From NCBI GenBank assembly GCA_963798915.1, contig CAWCVB010000014.1, forward strand, positions 147,413-211,412: a stretch of DNA of 64,000 nt. The letters run 5' to 3'. Both the position numbers and the translations under genes were made by a program. The first letter of the stretch is position 1, and the number at the start of each line of letters is the position of its first letter. Under the pieces are notes generated by a model that made no database searches, was not told where the DNA came from, and worked only from the letters and a program-made list of their open reading frames with translations. This stretch comes from an uncultured Gemmatimonadales bacterium (GTDB taxonomy: Bacteria > Gemmatimonadota > Gemmatimonadetes > Gemmatimonadales > GWC2-71-9). Of this stretch, positions 50,495-60,160 are shown in pieces.

Positions 50495-50850
50495 GCGAGT
50501 TTCCCGCGCTGCCCTGCTATCCTTGTCCCCATTCATCGAACTGCTGCCGCTGGGGCGCCACGGTGACTGACGCTGAGGCCGAGGCGATGCTTGCCGAACA
50601 CGGGGAGGAGTTTGTCTTCCAGACCCGGTGGGGTGAATGGCGCACGCGCATCAGGAATGGCCAATGCGCCTTTCTTCAGGACAACGTGTGCGTCATACAC
50701 GACCGTGGCTACTATCCCAAGGTCTGCCGTTACTTCCCGTGGCGGGATGCCGAGACCGAGGGTGCCTACGAATTTGACCAGACCATCTGTCCCGAGTTCA
50801 TCACGCGCCCCGAACTGGTCCAGATCGGGAAGCGCGTTGCCGAATCGTAG
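50491..50850 (+). CDS. Cys-cluster (YkgJ/CxxCxxCC-like) protein
   Basis: CYPC..SNCC, CAFL..CVIH..PKVCRYFP..CP; ATGA overlap. Confidence 0.75.
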   Translation: MSEFPALPCYPCPHSSNCCRWGATVTDAEAEAMLAEHGEEFVFQTRWGEWRTRIRNGQCAFLQDNVCVIHDRGYYPKVCRYFPWRDAETEGAYEFDQTICPEFITRPELVQIGKRVAES

Positions 50851-50885
50851 GTGTCTCGTCCCTCCACTCGGACCCTGAGGTTTCG

Positions 50886-52142
50886 ATGCGATGCTCCCTG
50901 GCGCTGCTCGCGCTCTCCGTCGTGGCCGTGCCCTTGATGGCGCAATCGGTGGACCCCGCCCTCGAGCATGCGCGCGCGCTGCTGGCATCAACGCCCCTGA
51001 TCGATGGTCACAACGACTTGCCGTGGGAGATCCGGCGGAATGCCGCCCATCCGCGCGACGTGGCCGCGTACGACCTTCGATCCGCCACACCGGGGCACAC
51101 CGACCTGGCCCGGCTGAAGCAGGGAAGAGTCGGCGGGCAGTTCTGGTCGGTCTACATCCCGGGCGAGATTGCAGACAGCGGCTACGCGCGGGTGCAGCTG
51201 GAGCAGATCGACATTGCGCGCCGCATGATCGCGGCCTATCCCGAACGACTTGCCCAGGCGTACACTGCCGATGACGTCGAACGGGACTTCGCAGCTGGCC
51301 GAATCGGGTCGCTGCTGGGCATCGAGGGCGGGCACGCCATCGAGAATTCGCTTGGTGCGCTGCGGGTCTACTACGCGCTGGGCGTACGCTACATGACCCT
51401 TACGCACAACGTGACGCTGGACTGGGCGGACGCTGCCCTGGACAGCGCCAGGCACGGTGGACTCACGCCCTTCGGCCGGGAGGTAGTGCATGAGATGAAT
51501 CGGCTGGGCATGCTGGTGGATCTCGCGCACGTGTCGCCCGGCACCATGAGCGATGCCCTGGACGCCACCAGGGCGCCGGTGATTTTTTCGCACTCGGGCG
51601 CGCGCGCCCTCGTCGACCATCCCCGGAACGTGCCGGATTCGATCCTGGCGCGCCTCAAGCAGAACGGCGGCGTGGTCATGGTTCCCGTGGTTCCGGAATT
51701 CGTGTCCACGACGGTCAAGGCCTGGCAGGACGAGGCCGACGCCGCCTCAAGCGGGTGGCGCACCCTTGCGGACACGGCGGCGCGGCGTCAGCGGCGGCGC
51801 GAGTGGATGGCAACCCATCCCCGGCCGCATGCCAGCGTCAAGGATGTGGCAGATGTCATCGAGCACGTGCGAGACGTGGCGGGCGTCGATCACGTCGGGA
51901 TCGGCGCCGACTATGACGGGATCACCGACACGCCCGACGGCCTGCCAGACGTTTCGTCGTATCCCGTCATTTTTGCGGAATTGATCCGGCGGGGATGGAG
52001 CGATGCGGATCTGGCCAAGCTGGCCGGCCAGAATGTGCTTCGGGCGCTCCGCCAGGCGGAAGCGGTGGCGCGCCGCCTGCAGAAGACGGAAGCCCCGAGC
52101 ACCAGGACCATTCAGGAAATGGACGCGACTGGAGTGTCGTGA
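50886..52142 (+). CDS. Membrane dipeptidase (M19), secreted
   Basis: IDGHNDLP, GGQFWSV, EGGH, LTH, FSHS, GIGADYDG. Confidence 0.93.
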   Translation: MRCSLALLALSVVAVPLMAQSVDPALEHARALLASTPLIDGHNDLPWEIRRNAAHPRDVAAYDLRSATPGHTDLARLKQGRVGGQFWSVYIPGEIADSGYARVQLEQIDIARRMIAAYPERLAQAYTADDVERDFAAGRIGSLLGIEGGHAIENSLGALRVYYALGVRYMTLTHNVTLDWADAALDSARHGGLTPFGREVVHEMNRLGMLVDLAHVSPGTMSDALDATRAPVIFSHSGARALVDHPRNVPDSILARLKQNGGVVMVPVVPEFVSTTVKAWQDEADAASSGWRTLADTAARRQRRREWMATHPRPHASVKDVADVIEHVRDVAGVDHVGIGADYDGITDTPDGLPDVSSYPVIFAELIRRGWSDADLAKLAGQNVLRALRQAEAVARRLQKTEAPSTRTIQEMDATGVS

Positions 52143-52313
52143 GTCATGAATCCCATGGTACGTCACTGCGAGGGCGCAACGCGCCCGAAGTAATCGGGTA
52201 GCCTTGCAAACGACCCGATTGCTTCGTCGGCTTTGCCTCCTCGCAATGACGCGCTTGACTCACGACTCACGACTCACGACTCACGTCCCGACTCACGACC
52301 CTCGACCCGCGAC
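52136..52313. repeat. Heptamer-period inverted array (GTCGTGA left, TCACGAC right) with nested palindromic element
   Basis: gtcgtga gtcatga ... tcacgac x3, tcacgtc, tcacgac, cctcgac, ccgcgac, between convergent genes. Confidence 0.85.
52161..52251. repeat. 91-bp cruciform REP/MITE-like palindromic element
   Basis: Terminal IR CGTCACTGCGAG/CTCGCAATGACG; internal IR CGAAGTAATCGGGT/ACCCGATTGCTTCG; side hairpin GGGCGC-aac-GCGCCC. Confidence 0.8.
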
Positions 52314-53001
52314 CCTTATGCAGCCACAATCCCGCACCGACGATCGCCGTGGCGGCAAAGGCAAACCACTGGATGGCATAGCTGAGATGCGGGCCATCAT
52401 CAAACACCGGGGCTTGCAGCCGCCGGGGAAAGCCACGCCCCGGCGCCGTATCCGCCTCGACGATGTACGCCGGCATGACTGGCATGGGCACCCGGTCAGC
52501 GACCGCACCGCTGTCGAGCCGCGCCCAGGTACTCATCCCGTCGCGTACCAGCGGCGTGCCACGATTCGCGCTCGAGGGAACGGGTAGGGCCGTGCCGAGC
52601 ACGTATCCGCGATTGCCCTCACGCACCCCGCCTTCAGGAAGTGTCATGCCGTCGGGAGATGGCACAAAGCCCCGAGCCACCAGCACCGCCCGTGGCGACC
52701 CCTCCAGTACCAGCGGGGTAATCAGCACGACGCCTGGTGTGCCTTCCAGGGTCTGCTGTCGCAGCACCAATTCGTGATCATAGTCCCAACGTCCGGACGC
52801 CTCGACACGCCGGTAGGCGGCCGGCGTGGTGCTGGAGGTATTCAGGTTGAGTCGCGGCGCGGCAAGGCTTGCGAGCGCCTCGGCATTCCGTGCTCGTCGC
52901 TCTTGCAACCGGTGGAGCTGCCAGACGCCGAGGCGCATGCAGCCGACGGCCACGAGCAGGGCCAGCAGCGGAACAAGCAGCCGCGATCTCCCACGACTCA
53001 T
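52267..53001 (-). CDS. SURF1-family protein (heme-copper oxidase assembly)
   Basis: LGVWQLHRL, ITPL, VLVARGFVP, HLSYAIQWF. Confidence 0.9.
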   Translation of the reverse strand: MSRGRSRLLVPLLALLVAVGCMRLGVWQLHRLQERRARNAEALASLAAPRLNLNTSSTTPAAYRRVEASGRWDYDHELVLRQQTLEGTPGVVLITPLVLEGSPRAVLVARGFVPSPDGMTLPEGGVREGNRGYVLGTALPVPSSANRGTPLVRDGMSTWARLDSGAVADRVPMPVMPAYIVEADTAPGRGFPRRLQAPVFDDGPHLSYAIQWFAFAATAIVGAGLWLHKGRGSRVVSRDVSRES

Positions 53002-53158
53002 TGTCCCGAACTCGGGACGGGGTGGGCCGGGGCATGGTGGTCTTGACGCAGGCAAATCCCAAGCATGCAACAAGATAGCAACCTCCTGCGAGGAGGCCCG
53101 GCTCTTGCTTTCAGCCCGGTGTCCACAGTTCCATCACCTGCTTCGAGGAGACGTTCCG

Positions 53159-53761
53159 ATGCAAACGGTGATCCGACACGCCGTCGTCCTGGGCGCCCTC
53201 ATGACCGCTCCCTTCCTCGCGCTGCATGCGCAGGACCATCGGCCCGGGATAAGGGAAGCCGGCTCGGCTGTGCGTCAGGGCTTCTGGGGAGTGTTCGAGC
53301 TTGGTGCCGGCAGCGAGTCGGTGAACTTCGACAACGACGGGCTCGGCTATAGCGACAACCTTACCCGACCGGTCGTGGCGCTCCGGGCAGGCGGCACCGT
53401 GAGCCGTCATCTTCGGCTTGGCGGCGAAGTGAACGCCTGGATCAATGATGAAAGTGGAATTACCGAGACCGTGGGCGGACTGCTCTTCATCGCGCAGGTC
53501 TACCCCTGGAGCCGCAGTGGCCTGTTTCTCAAGGGCGGTGCGGGGCTCGGATGGAGCAGCGTCGAGGACGATTTCGGCGGCCAGGTCTCGGATGGTGGCT
53601 TTGCCGCCAACCTGGGTATCGGCTATGACTTGCGCATCGGCCGAAGGCTGTACCTGGTACCCACCGCCAACTTCAATACGTACCGCTTGAACGGCGGCGC
53701 GGGCGGCGATTACACCGAACGCGTGGGAACACTGGGACTGGGCATTGCCTTCCAGCATTGA
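53159..53761 (+). CDS. Small outer-membrane beta-barrel protein
   Basis: GAGGAG RBS, signal peptide, about 8 amphipathic strands, C-terminal GIAFQH. Confidence 0.75.
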   Translation: MQTVIRHAVVLGALMTAPFLALHAQDHRPGIREAGSAVRQGFWGVFELGAGSESVNFDNDGLGYSDNLTRPVVALRAGGTVSRHLRLGGEVNAWINDESGITETVGGLLFIAQVYPWSRSGLFLKGGAGLGWSSVEDDFGGQVSDGGFAANLGIGYDLRIGRRLYLVPTANFNTYRLNGGAGGDYTERVGTLGLGIAFQH

Positions 53762-53859
53762 GGCGTCCAGGCACGTCCAGCCCTTGGGGGTAATATCTTT
53801 CGGGGTCAAGCGGCCGGCTCAACTCGGGCCGGCATGAGCCCCGAAACGGATCTGAACCT

Positions 53860-56800
53860 GTGCGAATTCGATCGATACAGTGCTGCTACCTTGCCGTCGC
53901 GACGGCTGCCCTCGCGGTCCCTGCCTGTGGAGGAAGTGACCTGGTCCTGCCCAGCGAGGGCACCGCGGCGAGCATCTCAATAGTTCAAGGCAATTCACAA
54001 ACCGGGACCGTCGGCGCCCCGCTGGCCGACTCACTGGTTGTCCGCGTCCTCGACAAGGCCGGGCGGCCGGTTCCCGACCAACCGGTCAGCTGGACTGTCG
54101 TGGCCGGGGGCGGCTCGGTGGCCCCGACCTCAGTCAGCACTGACGCCAATGGGCGCGCGGCCGTGAGCTGGACCCTTGGCAGCGGTGCCGGCACCCAGCA
54201 GGTGCAAGCCAAACCTACCGGAAACGGGGCACCAGCCGACCTCCAGGCACTCTTCTCAGCCTCGGCGGGCGCATCCTCGGCGGCCAATCTCCTCAAGATC
54301 TCCGGCGACAGCCAGACGGCCGTCGCGGGCTCGGTGCTTCCCGATTCTCTGGTGGTCCGAGTCACCGACGCGAGCGACAACCCGGTCGCCGGGGCTACTG
54401 TCACCTGGTCCCTGACTGGCGGGGGCGCCGTGAGCGCCAACTCGTCCGAGACCGGCCCCGACGGCCGAGCGGCCGTCCAGCGAACGCTGGGCCCGACCGC
54501 GGGACAACAGACCACCACCGCCACGGCGGCCGGCCTGGACGGTTCACCAATCGTCTTTACGTCGACCGGAACCGTCGGATCGGCTGGCCGGCTGGTCATC
54601 GTGCAGCAGCCCTCCACGTCGGCGTCCAGCGGCTCCGCGTTTGCGCAGCAACCGAAGATTCAGCTGGAAGATGCCAACGGCAACCCCGTTGCCCTTGCCG
54701 GCATTGCGGTGCAGGCAACCATCGCTTCCGGAACGGGCACGCTCGTCGGCGGCAGCACCGCCACCACCGACGGCACCGGCCTCGCGGTGTTCAGCGGTCT
54801 GGGCATCAGCGGCCCAGCCGGCGGCTACACGCTCAATTTCAGCGTGCCCAACCGGATGGACATTTCCGGCACGCCGCCGAGCGCAACGATTACCCTCTCG
54901 GCCGGCGCCGCATCCCGGTTGCGTTTTTCGGGTCAGCCGTCGAGCACGACTACCGGCTCCGCAATCTCACCTGCCGTAACAGTGCGAGTGGAGGACGCGC
55001 AGGGCACGCTCGTCACTGGCGCGACCAATACTGTCACGATCGCGCTCGGCGCCAATCCGGGCGGTGCGACTTTGTCGGGAACAAAGACAGTGGCCGCATC
55101 TGGTGGCATTGCCACGTTCGCGGACCTGTCGCTCAATAGCCCCGGCACCGGCTACACGCTTACTGCCAGCGCATCTGGCCTCAGCGGGGATGTGAGCAGC
55201 GCGTTCAATATCACGACCGGCGCCGCAAGCCAGATCGTGGCAAACTCGGCGACGACACTCTCGGGTACCGTCGGCAGCGCGGTCTCGCCCAATCCATCCG
55301 TGAAAGTCACCGACGGATCGGGCAGTCCTGTGAGCGGCGTCAGCGTCATCTTCGCAGTCACCCAGGGTGGTGGAAGCGTCGCTGGCGGAACGCAGACCAC
55401 CGATGGCTCAGGCATCGCCACGGTCGGAAGCTGGACCCTGGGTCCCACAGCGGGAAGCAGCAACAACACGCTCACCGCCAGCGCGAGCGGGCTCAGCGGC
55501 AGTCCGGTGACCTTCACCGCCTCCGCCACTGCGGGCTCAGCCGGCAAGCTGAGTATCGTGACCCAGCCATCGACCAGTGGCACGAGCGGCACGCCACTGT
55601 CCACGCAACCCGTACTGCAGCTGGTCGACGCCAATGACAATCCGGTTGCAACAGGTGGAATAGCCGTCACCGCCACCATCGCGAGCGGGCCGGCCGGGAC
55701 GCTGAGCGGCGCGTCAGTGAACACCAATGCGCAAGGCCGTGCCACCTTTACCAGCCTGACAATCTCCGGGCCGGCCGGCACGTATCAACTTGCCTTCTCG
55801 GCGCCCAGCATCGCCGGCGTCACGTCGAACGACATCAGCATCGGGGCTGGTGCGTCCACACAGCTCGGGGTTGTGACGCAGCCGAGCGCGACCGCGCAAA
55901 GCGGCGTCACGTTCGGGCAACAGCCAGTCGTCCGGCTGGAAGACGGATCCGGCAATCCGGTAGCTCAGTCGGGCGTCACCGTCAACGCCTCAGTGAATGG
56001 TGGCGGCCCCACGCTCGGAGGCGATAACTCCAAGGTCACCGATGCCAACGGAGAAGCCACGTTCACCGACCTGAAGCTGACGGGCGACGCCGGGACCTAC
56101 ACGCTGCTCTTCTCGGCGTCGGGAAAGACGAGTGTCTCTTCGGCTGATATCGAACTGACTCCGGGGCCGGTCAGTGCCTCAGTCAGTTCGGTTGCCGCAC
56201 CGACCACGAGCTTCGTGGCGGGCGACGCCACTGGCTCCATGATTACCGTGACAGCACGGGACCAGAGCGGCAACACGATTGCGGGTGCGGCGGTGACATT
56301 CACTCCGGCAACGGGCGAGACCTTCACCCCGGCGTCAGGCACCACCGACGGCAACGGACAGGCCACCTTCACGTTTACCGCGACCACCGCAGGAAGCCAT
56401 TCGATTGTGGTCTCGGTCAATGGAACCATCCTCGACGACCAGCCGATCGTAACTGTTACGGCCTCAGCGGTCGATGCGGCGCAGAGCTCCTTGCTGCTGG
56501 CGCCGAGTTCGATCGAGGCTGGATCCGGCAGCAGCGCGGTGACGGTCACGGCACGTGACGCCTACGACAATCTGGTGGCGGGGGCGAGCGCCTTGCTCTC
56601 GGTGAGCGGGAGCGGGAATACGTTCAATGGCGGCCCGATGCTGACCGACGTATCCGGTGAGGCGGCCTTCGCCGTGAGCTCCACGGTGGCCGAAGTGAAG
56701 ACGGTGTCGGCGACGCTCGACGGCATGGCGATATCGCAGACCCAGGTCCTGACGGTATCCCCCGGCCAACCCGATCCGGACCAGAGTACGCTGATGTCAG

Positions 56801-57060
56801 ACTCGCCGGTTGCGCCGCTGATGTCGAGTGTGCTGACCGTTTTCGTTCGGGATGCCGGTGGCAATCCAATTGAAGGCGTCACGGTGACGCTAGCGGAAAC
56901 CGGTGGCGGAGGTATCGTTATGCAGCCCGCTACTACCACGGATGCGACCGGCTTGGCTACCGGCAGCTTCAGTTCCGCGGTGACGGGCTCGTTCGCGGTG
57001 ACGGCGACCGCCGACGGGGTTCTCCTGAGCCAGACGGCGAGCATCCTCGTCCAGCTGTAG
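53860..57060 (+). CDS. Large Ig-like (Big_1/invasin-type) repeat surface lipoprotein
   Basis: Lipobox VPAC; about 10 repeated modules V.V.D..GNPV.G..V..TD..G.A. Confidence 0.85.
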   Translation: MRIRSIQCCYLAVATAALAVPACGGSDLVLPSEGTAASISIVQGNSQTGTVGAPLADSLVVRVLDKAGRPVPDQPVSWTVVAGGGSVAPTSVSTDANGRAAVSWTLGSGAGTQQVQAKPTGNGAPADLQALFSASAGASSAANLLKISGDSQTAVAGSVLPDSLVVRVTDASDNPVAGATVTWSLTGGGAVSANSSETGPDGRAAVQRTLGPTAGQQTTTATAAGLDGSPIVFTSTGTVGSAGRLVIVQQPSTSASSGSAFAQQPKIQLEDANGNPVALAGIAVQATIASGTGTLVGGSTATTDGTGLAVFSGLGISGPAGGYTLNFSVPNRMDISGTPPSATITLSAGAASRLRFSGQPSSTTTGSAISPAVTVRVEDAQGTLVTGATNTVTIALGANPGGATLSGTKTVAASGGIATFADLSLNSPGTGYTLTASASGLSGDVSSAFNITTGAASQIVANSATTLSGTVGSAVSPNPSVKVTDGSGSPVSGVSVIFAVTQGGGSVAGGTQTTDGSGIATVGSWTLGPTAGSSNNTLTASASGLSGSPVTFTASATAGSAGKLSIVTQPSTSGTSGTPLSTQPVLQLVDANDNPVATGGIAVTATIASGPAGTLSGASVNTNAQGRATFTSLTISGPAGTYQLAFSAPSIAGVTSNDISIGAGASTQLGVVTQPSATAQSGVTFGQQPVVRLEDGSGNPVAQSGVTVNASVNGGGPTLGGDNSKVTDANGEATFTDLKLTGDAGTYTLLFSASGKTSVSSADIELTPGPVSASVSSVAAPTTSFVAGDATGSMITVTARDQSGNTIAGAAVTFTPATGETFTPASGTTDGNGQATFTFTATTAGSHSIVVSVNGTILDDQPIVTVTASAVDAAQSSLLLAPSSIEAGSGSSAVTVTARDAYDNLVAGASALLSVSGSGNTFNGGPMLTDVSGEAAFAVSSTVAEVKTVSATLDGMAISQTQVLTVSPGQPDPDQSTLMSDSPVAPLMSSVLTVFVRDAGGNPIEGVTVTLAETGGGGIVMQPATTTDATGLATGSFSSAVTGSFAVTATADGVLLSQTASILVQL

Positions 57061-57120
57061 TCCCGATTTGTGACGTAGGCCATATCGGGCGGCACCTGCC
57101 GACCCTAGAGTGTTACCATC

Positions 57121-58760
57121 ATGCCTTCAGCCCCTTTCCATTTCCGCTTCGTAACCGGTGCAAGCTTCTGCATTGCGCTTGCTGCGTGTGGTGGCGATAA
57201 CCTGTCGCTGCCGGATCTGACAGAGCCCGCTCAACTCGAAGTGATTTCCGGTTCTGGCCAGGCCGGCTCGATCGGGACATTGCTGGCCGAGCCGTTGGTG
57301 GTGAGGGTGCTGGACTCCGAGCACCATCCGGTTTCCGGCGTTCGGGTGGCGTTCATGCCCGGCACCGGCGCCAGCGGCAGCACGGTCCAACCCGACACCG
57401 CCGAAACCGACGGGGATGGGCGCGCATCGGTCCGCTGGGCCCTCGGCACTAGCGCAGGCGGGCAGACGCTGATCGCGCAGGTCGTGGGCAGCAATGCAAT
57501 CTCCGCAGCGTTTTCCGCCATGGCTGGTGCGGGCGTGGCTGCCAGTCTGGAGAAGATTTCTGGCGACAATCAGTCCGCGGTGGCCGGTTCGCCACTTCCG
57601 GATTCGCTGATCGTGCGAGCCCTCGATGCATCCAGCCAACCGGTGGGCGGTGTCACCGTCAACTGGAGCGTCGTCGGGGGCGGGAGCGTCAGCACATCGA
57701 CGACGGTGACCCGGACGGACGGCCGGACTGGTGTCCGCCGGACACTCGGTCCCGCGGCCGGGGCGCAGAGCACCATTGCCAGTCTTGCGGGTGTTTCCGC
57801 GTCAGATGTGACCTTCGCTTCCACGGCCACGGTGGGATCGGCGGGGGCGCTTCGCATCGAAGTGCAGCCGGCCAGCACGGCCAAGAGCGGGTCGGCCTTC
57901 ACTCGTCAGCCACAGCTCCAATTGATCGACGCCAATGGCAATCCGGTGCTGCAAGGTGGCCTCGCCGTGACCGCCCAGGTGGGCTCGGGCCCTGCCGGTG
58001 CTTCGCTGATCGGCTCAGCTACCGCGTCCACCAACAGCCAGGGACTGGCCGTCTTCACCAATCTGGGCATCAGCGGGCCAGGCGGGACGTATGCGCTGAA
58101 TTTTTCGGGACCCGAAGCCTCCGGGGTGACTTCAGAACCGATCCAGGTCTCGGCCGGCGAAGCGGTCAAGCTGGCCATGGTCACCCAGCCGCCCGGCTCC
58201 GTCGCGCCAGGCGCCGAACTGCTGCCGGCACCGGTGGTTCGGCTTGAGGACGGGACCGGGAATGCGGTGGCGAGTGCGGGCGTGCTCATCGCGGTCAGCT
58301 TGACGCCGGAGGGAACGCTGGGTGGAACGCTCACTGCCAGCACCGACGCCAGCGGCCAGGCAAGCTTTCCGGGGCTCAGCATCACGGGCAGCAGTGGCCC
58401 GCACACGCTGCTCTTCTCGGGCAGCGGGCTTCAGAGCATCGCCTCATCCACGGTGCAGGTGGTGAGTACGCCGGACAAGGGCCATTCAACCCTTGAGGCG
58501 CCGGAGTCGGCCGGGGCAGGTGAGGCCGTATCCGTGAAGGTGACCGTGCATGACGCCAACGGCTTCGCGGTGACTGGCGCGAGCGTGACGCTGAGTGCCA
58601 CGGGCGCAGAAAATACCATCTCGCCATCAACTGCCACGACCGATGCGAACGGCGTCGCGTTGTTCAGCTTCTCATCCACCCGCGCCGAGACCAAGTCGCT
58701 GACGGCGCATGCCGGCGAGTTCACGCTCGGACCGGTTCCCCTGCAGGTGATACCGACCGA
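57121..58760 (+). CDS. Second Big_1 repeat lipoprotein, paralog of the upstream gene, truncated at the junction
   Basis: Lipobox LAAC, same module order; Ig character ends at PVPLQVIP with no stop codon. Confidence 0.8.
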
Positions 58761-60040
58761 AGGAACGGGTTCAGGATTCAGAGCAAACATCGACAATGCG
58801 CCAATATTGATTAGCACGAAAGCGACCTCGGCGAACCTCTTCTTCATGGACAAAACATGGATGATCACAGGCAAGGAAAGTGGCCCCCATTGTCAAGACC
58901 ATTTTTCGTGCGCAATAAGCTTAGGGTCGGCGGGTCTGATTTCGAGATCTGGGGCGGCCGAGGCCGCCCCCGCCATTCCGGCGCTTGAGTCGGCGCTCGG
59001 GTCGCATTCCTGCGGAGCCCTATCCTCCGCTCAAGTGCCTCTATTGTGGTCGAACCAAAACAACCATTCTGGCCGGAAAGCGGTAAATTCCGGGGGTTTC
59101 GGGGCAGAGCCCCCAATTCAACTAAGCTCATCTTCCGAATTGACTCGCTCATGCCCGCACCCTCGCGCCCCGGTAGAGATCCGCCGGCGTTCGGTACTCC
59201 AGGCTCTGGTGCGGCCGTTCGTAATTGTAGAACTGGAAGTAGCGGCTGATGCCCGCCCGAGCCTCTGGCACCCGGCGGTAATCCCGCAAGTATTTCATCC
59301 GCGGGCCATGCATAGGGCGAGACAAACACAGACACGGCGAGCAGCAAAAGCCCGTGCGTATTCCAATCCCAGGCATCCATATGCCGGCGGAAATACCAAA
59401 GCGCCCAAATCAAGCCAATAAACAAAGGGACGCTCTGCAACCAGACCGCCTCACGGTCGATAGAATACGCACTAGGGCCCCAAAGGTCGGGATGAACTGA
59501 CCGCCGATCCCGTCCGTGCGCAGCATCGCGAAATACTGGCGCACCACGTACAGATCGAGGGCCCGGGGCACCGCGGACAGCACCAGAATGCCACCCAGGG
59601 CGCCGCTGAGGACACCCCACTGCCGGCGCGAGAAGATCCACCACAACAGGACAGCTTCCCACGGGACGAACACGTGCGCTTCGACCGACAACAGCGCCAG
59701 GGCCATTCCCGCCCAGAAGGGACGCTGGCGAATGAGTATAGAAACAGGACCAGCCCGAGCAGTGCGAAGACCGTAATTTTGCCAATGGCGGTGCAGAACA
59801 GTGCCGGAGTGAAGGCATATGCGAGCCCGCGATCGTCCCAGCACCTACGCAGCAGCCCAAGGCACGCCACGATTACGGCCGCGAAGAAAAGCCACCACAG
59901 GACCGCAGCATCCCTTAGGCTGAGGTATCCCAGGGGCAAGGCAAAGGTGAGCGCTTCCCGCCGATCTTGAGGCCGCGCTGAGTGCGATAGTGTGCTCCCA
60001 CTCGTAGCCGCCGCCTTGTCTCGATCCCAAAATGGCATGG
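58760..60040 (-). pseudogene. GT87-like (GT-C) membrane glycosyltransferase, multiply frameshifted and interrupted by an IS fragment
   Basis: Fragments in three frames match the intact paralog (GIGGQFIPT, WDWNTHG, PYAWPADEI...LPVII). Confidence 0.75.
58882..59291 (-). mobile_element. 3'-terminal 410-bp fragment of an IS3-family element
   Basis: YLRDY..EARAGISRYFQFYNYERPHQSLEYRTP integrase-core tail; IR-like end TCTTGACAATGGGGGCCACTT; AAGT at both junctions. Confidence 0.8.
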
Positions 60041-60160
60041 ATGTGTAAGTGGTTCAAGGTGGCGCTCTGTCTAGGCCAGACCTGGCCCAAGGCTATTCCT
60101 GCTCACACACACTACTCTTCTGCCTTGCTAAGCCGGTCCAGCTTATGTAAATCATTACAG

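Noticed and set aside
58760..59421. C-terminal ~220 aa of the 766-aa ORF as a novel domain fused to the Ig protein
   Set aside because: Read-through across the junction into the antisense strand of the GT87 and IS3 sequences.
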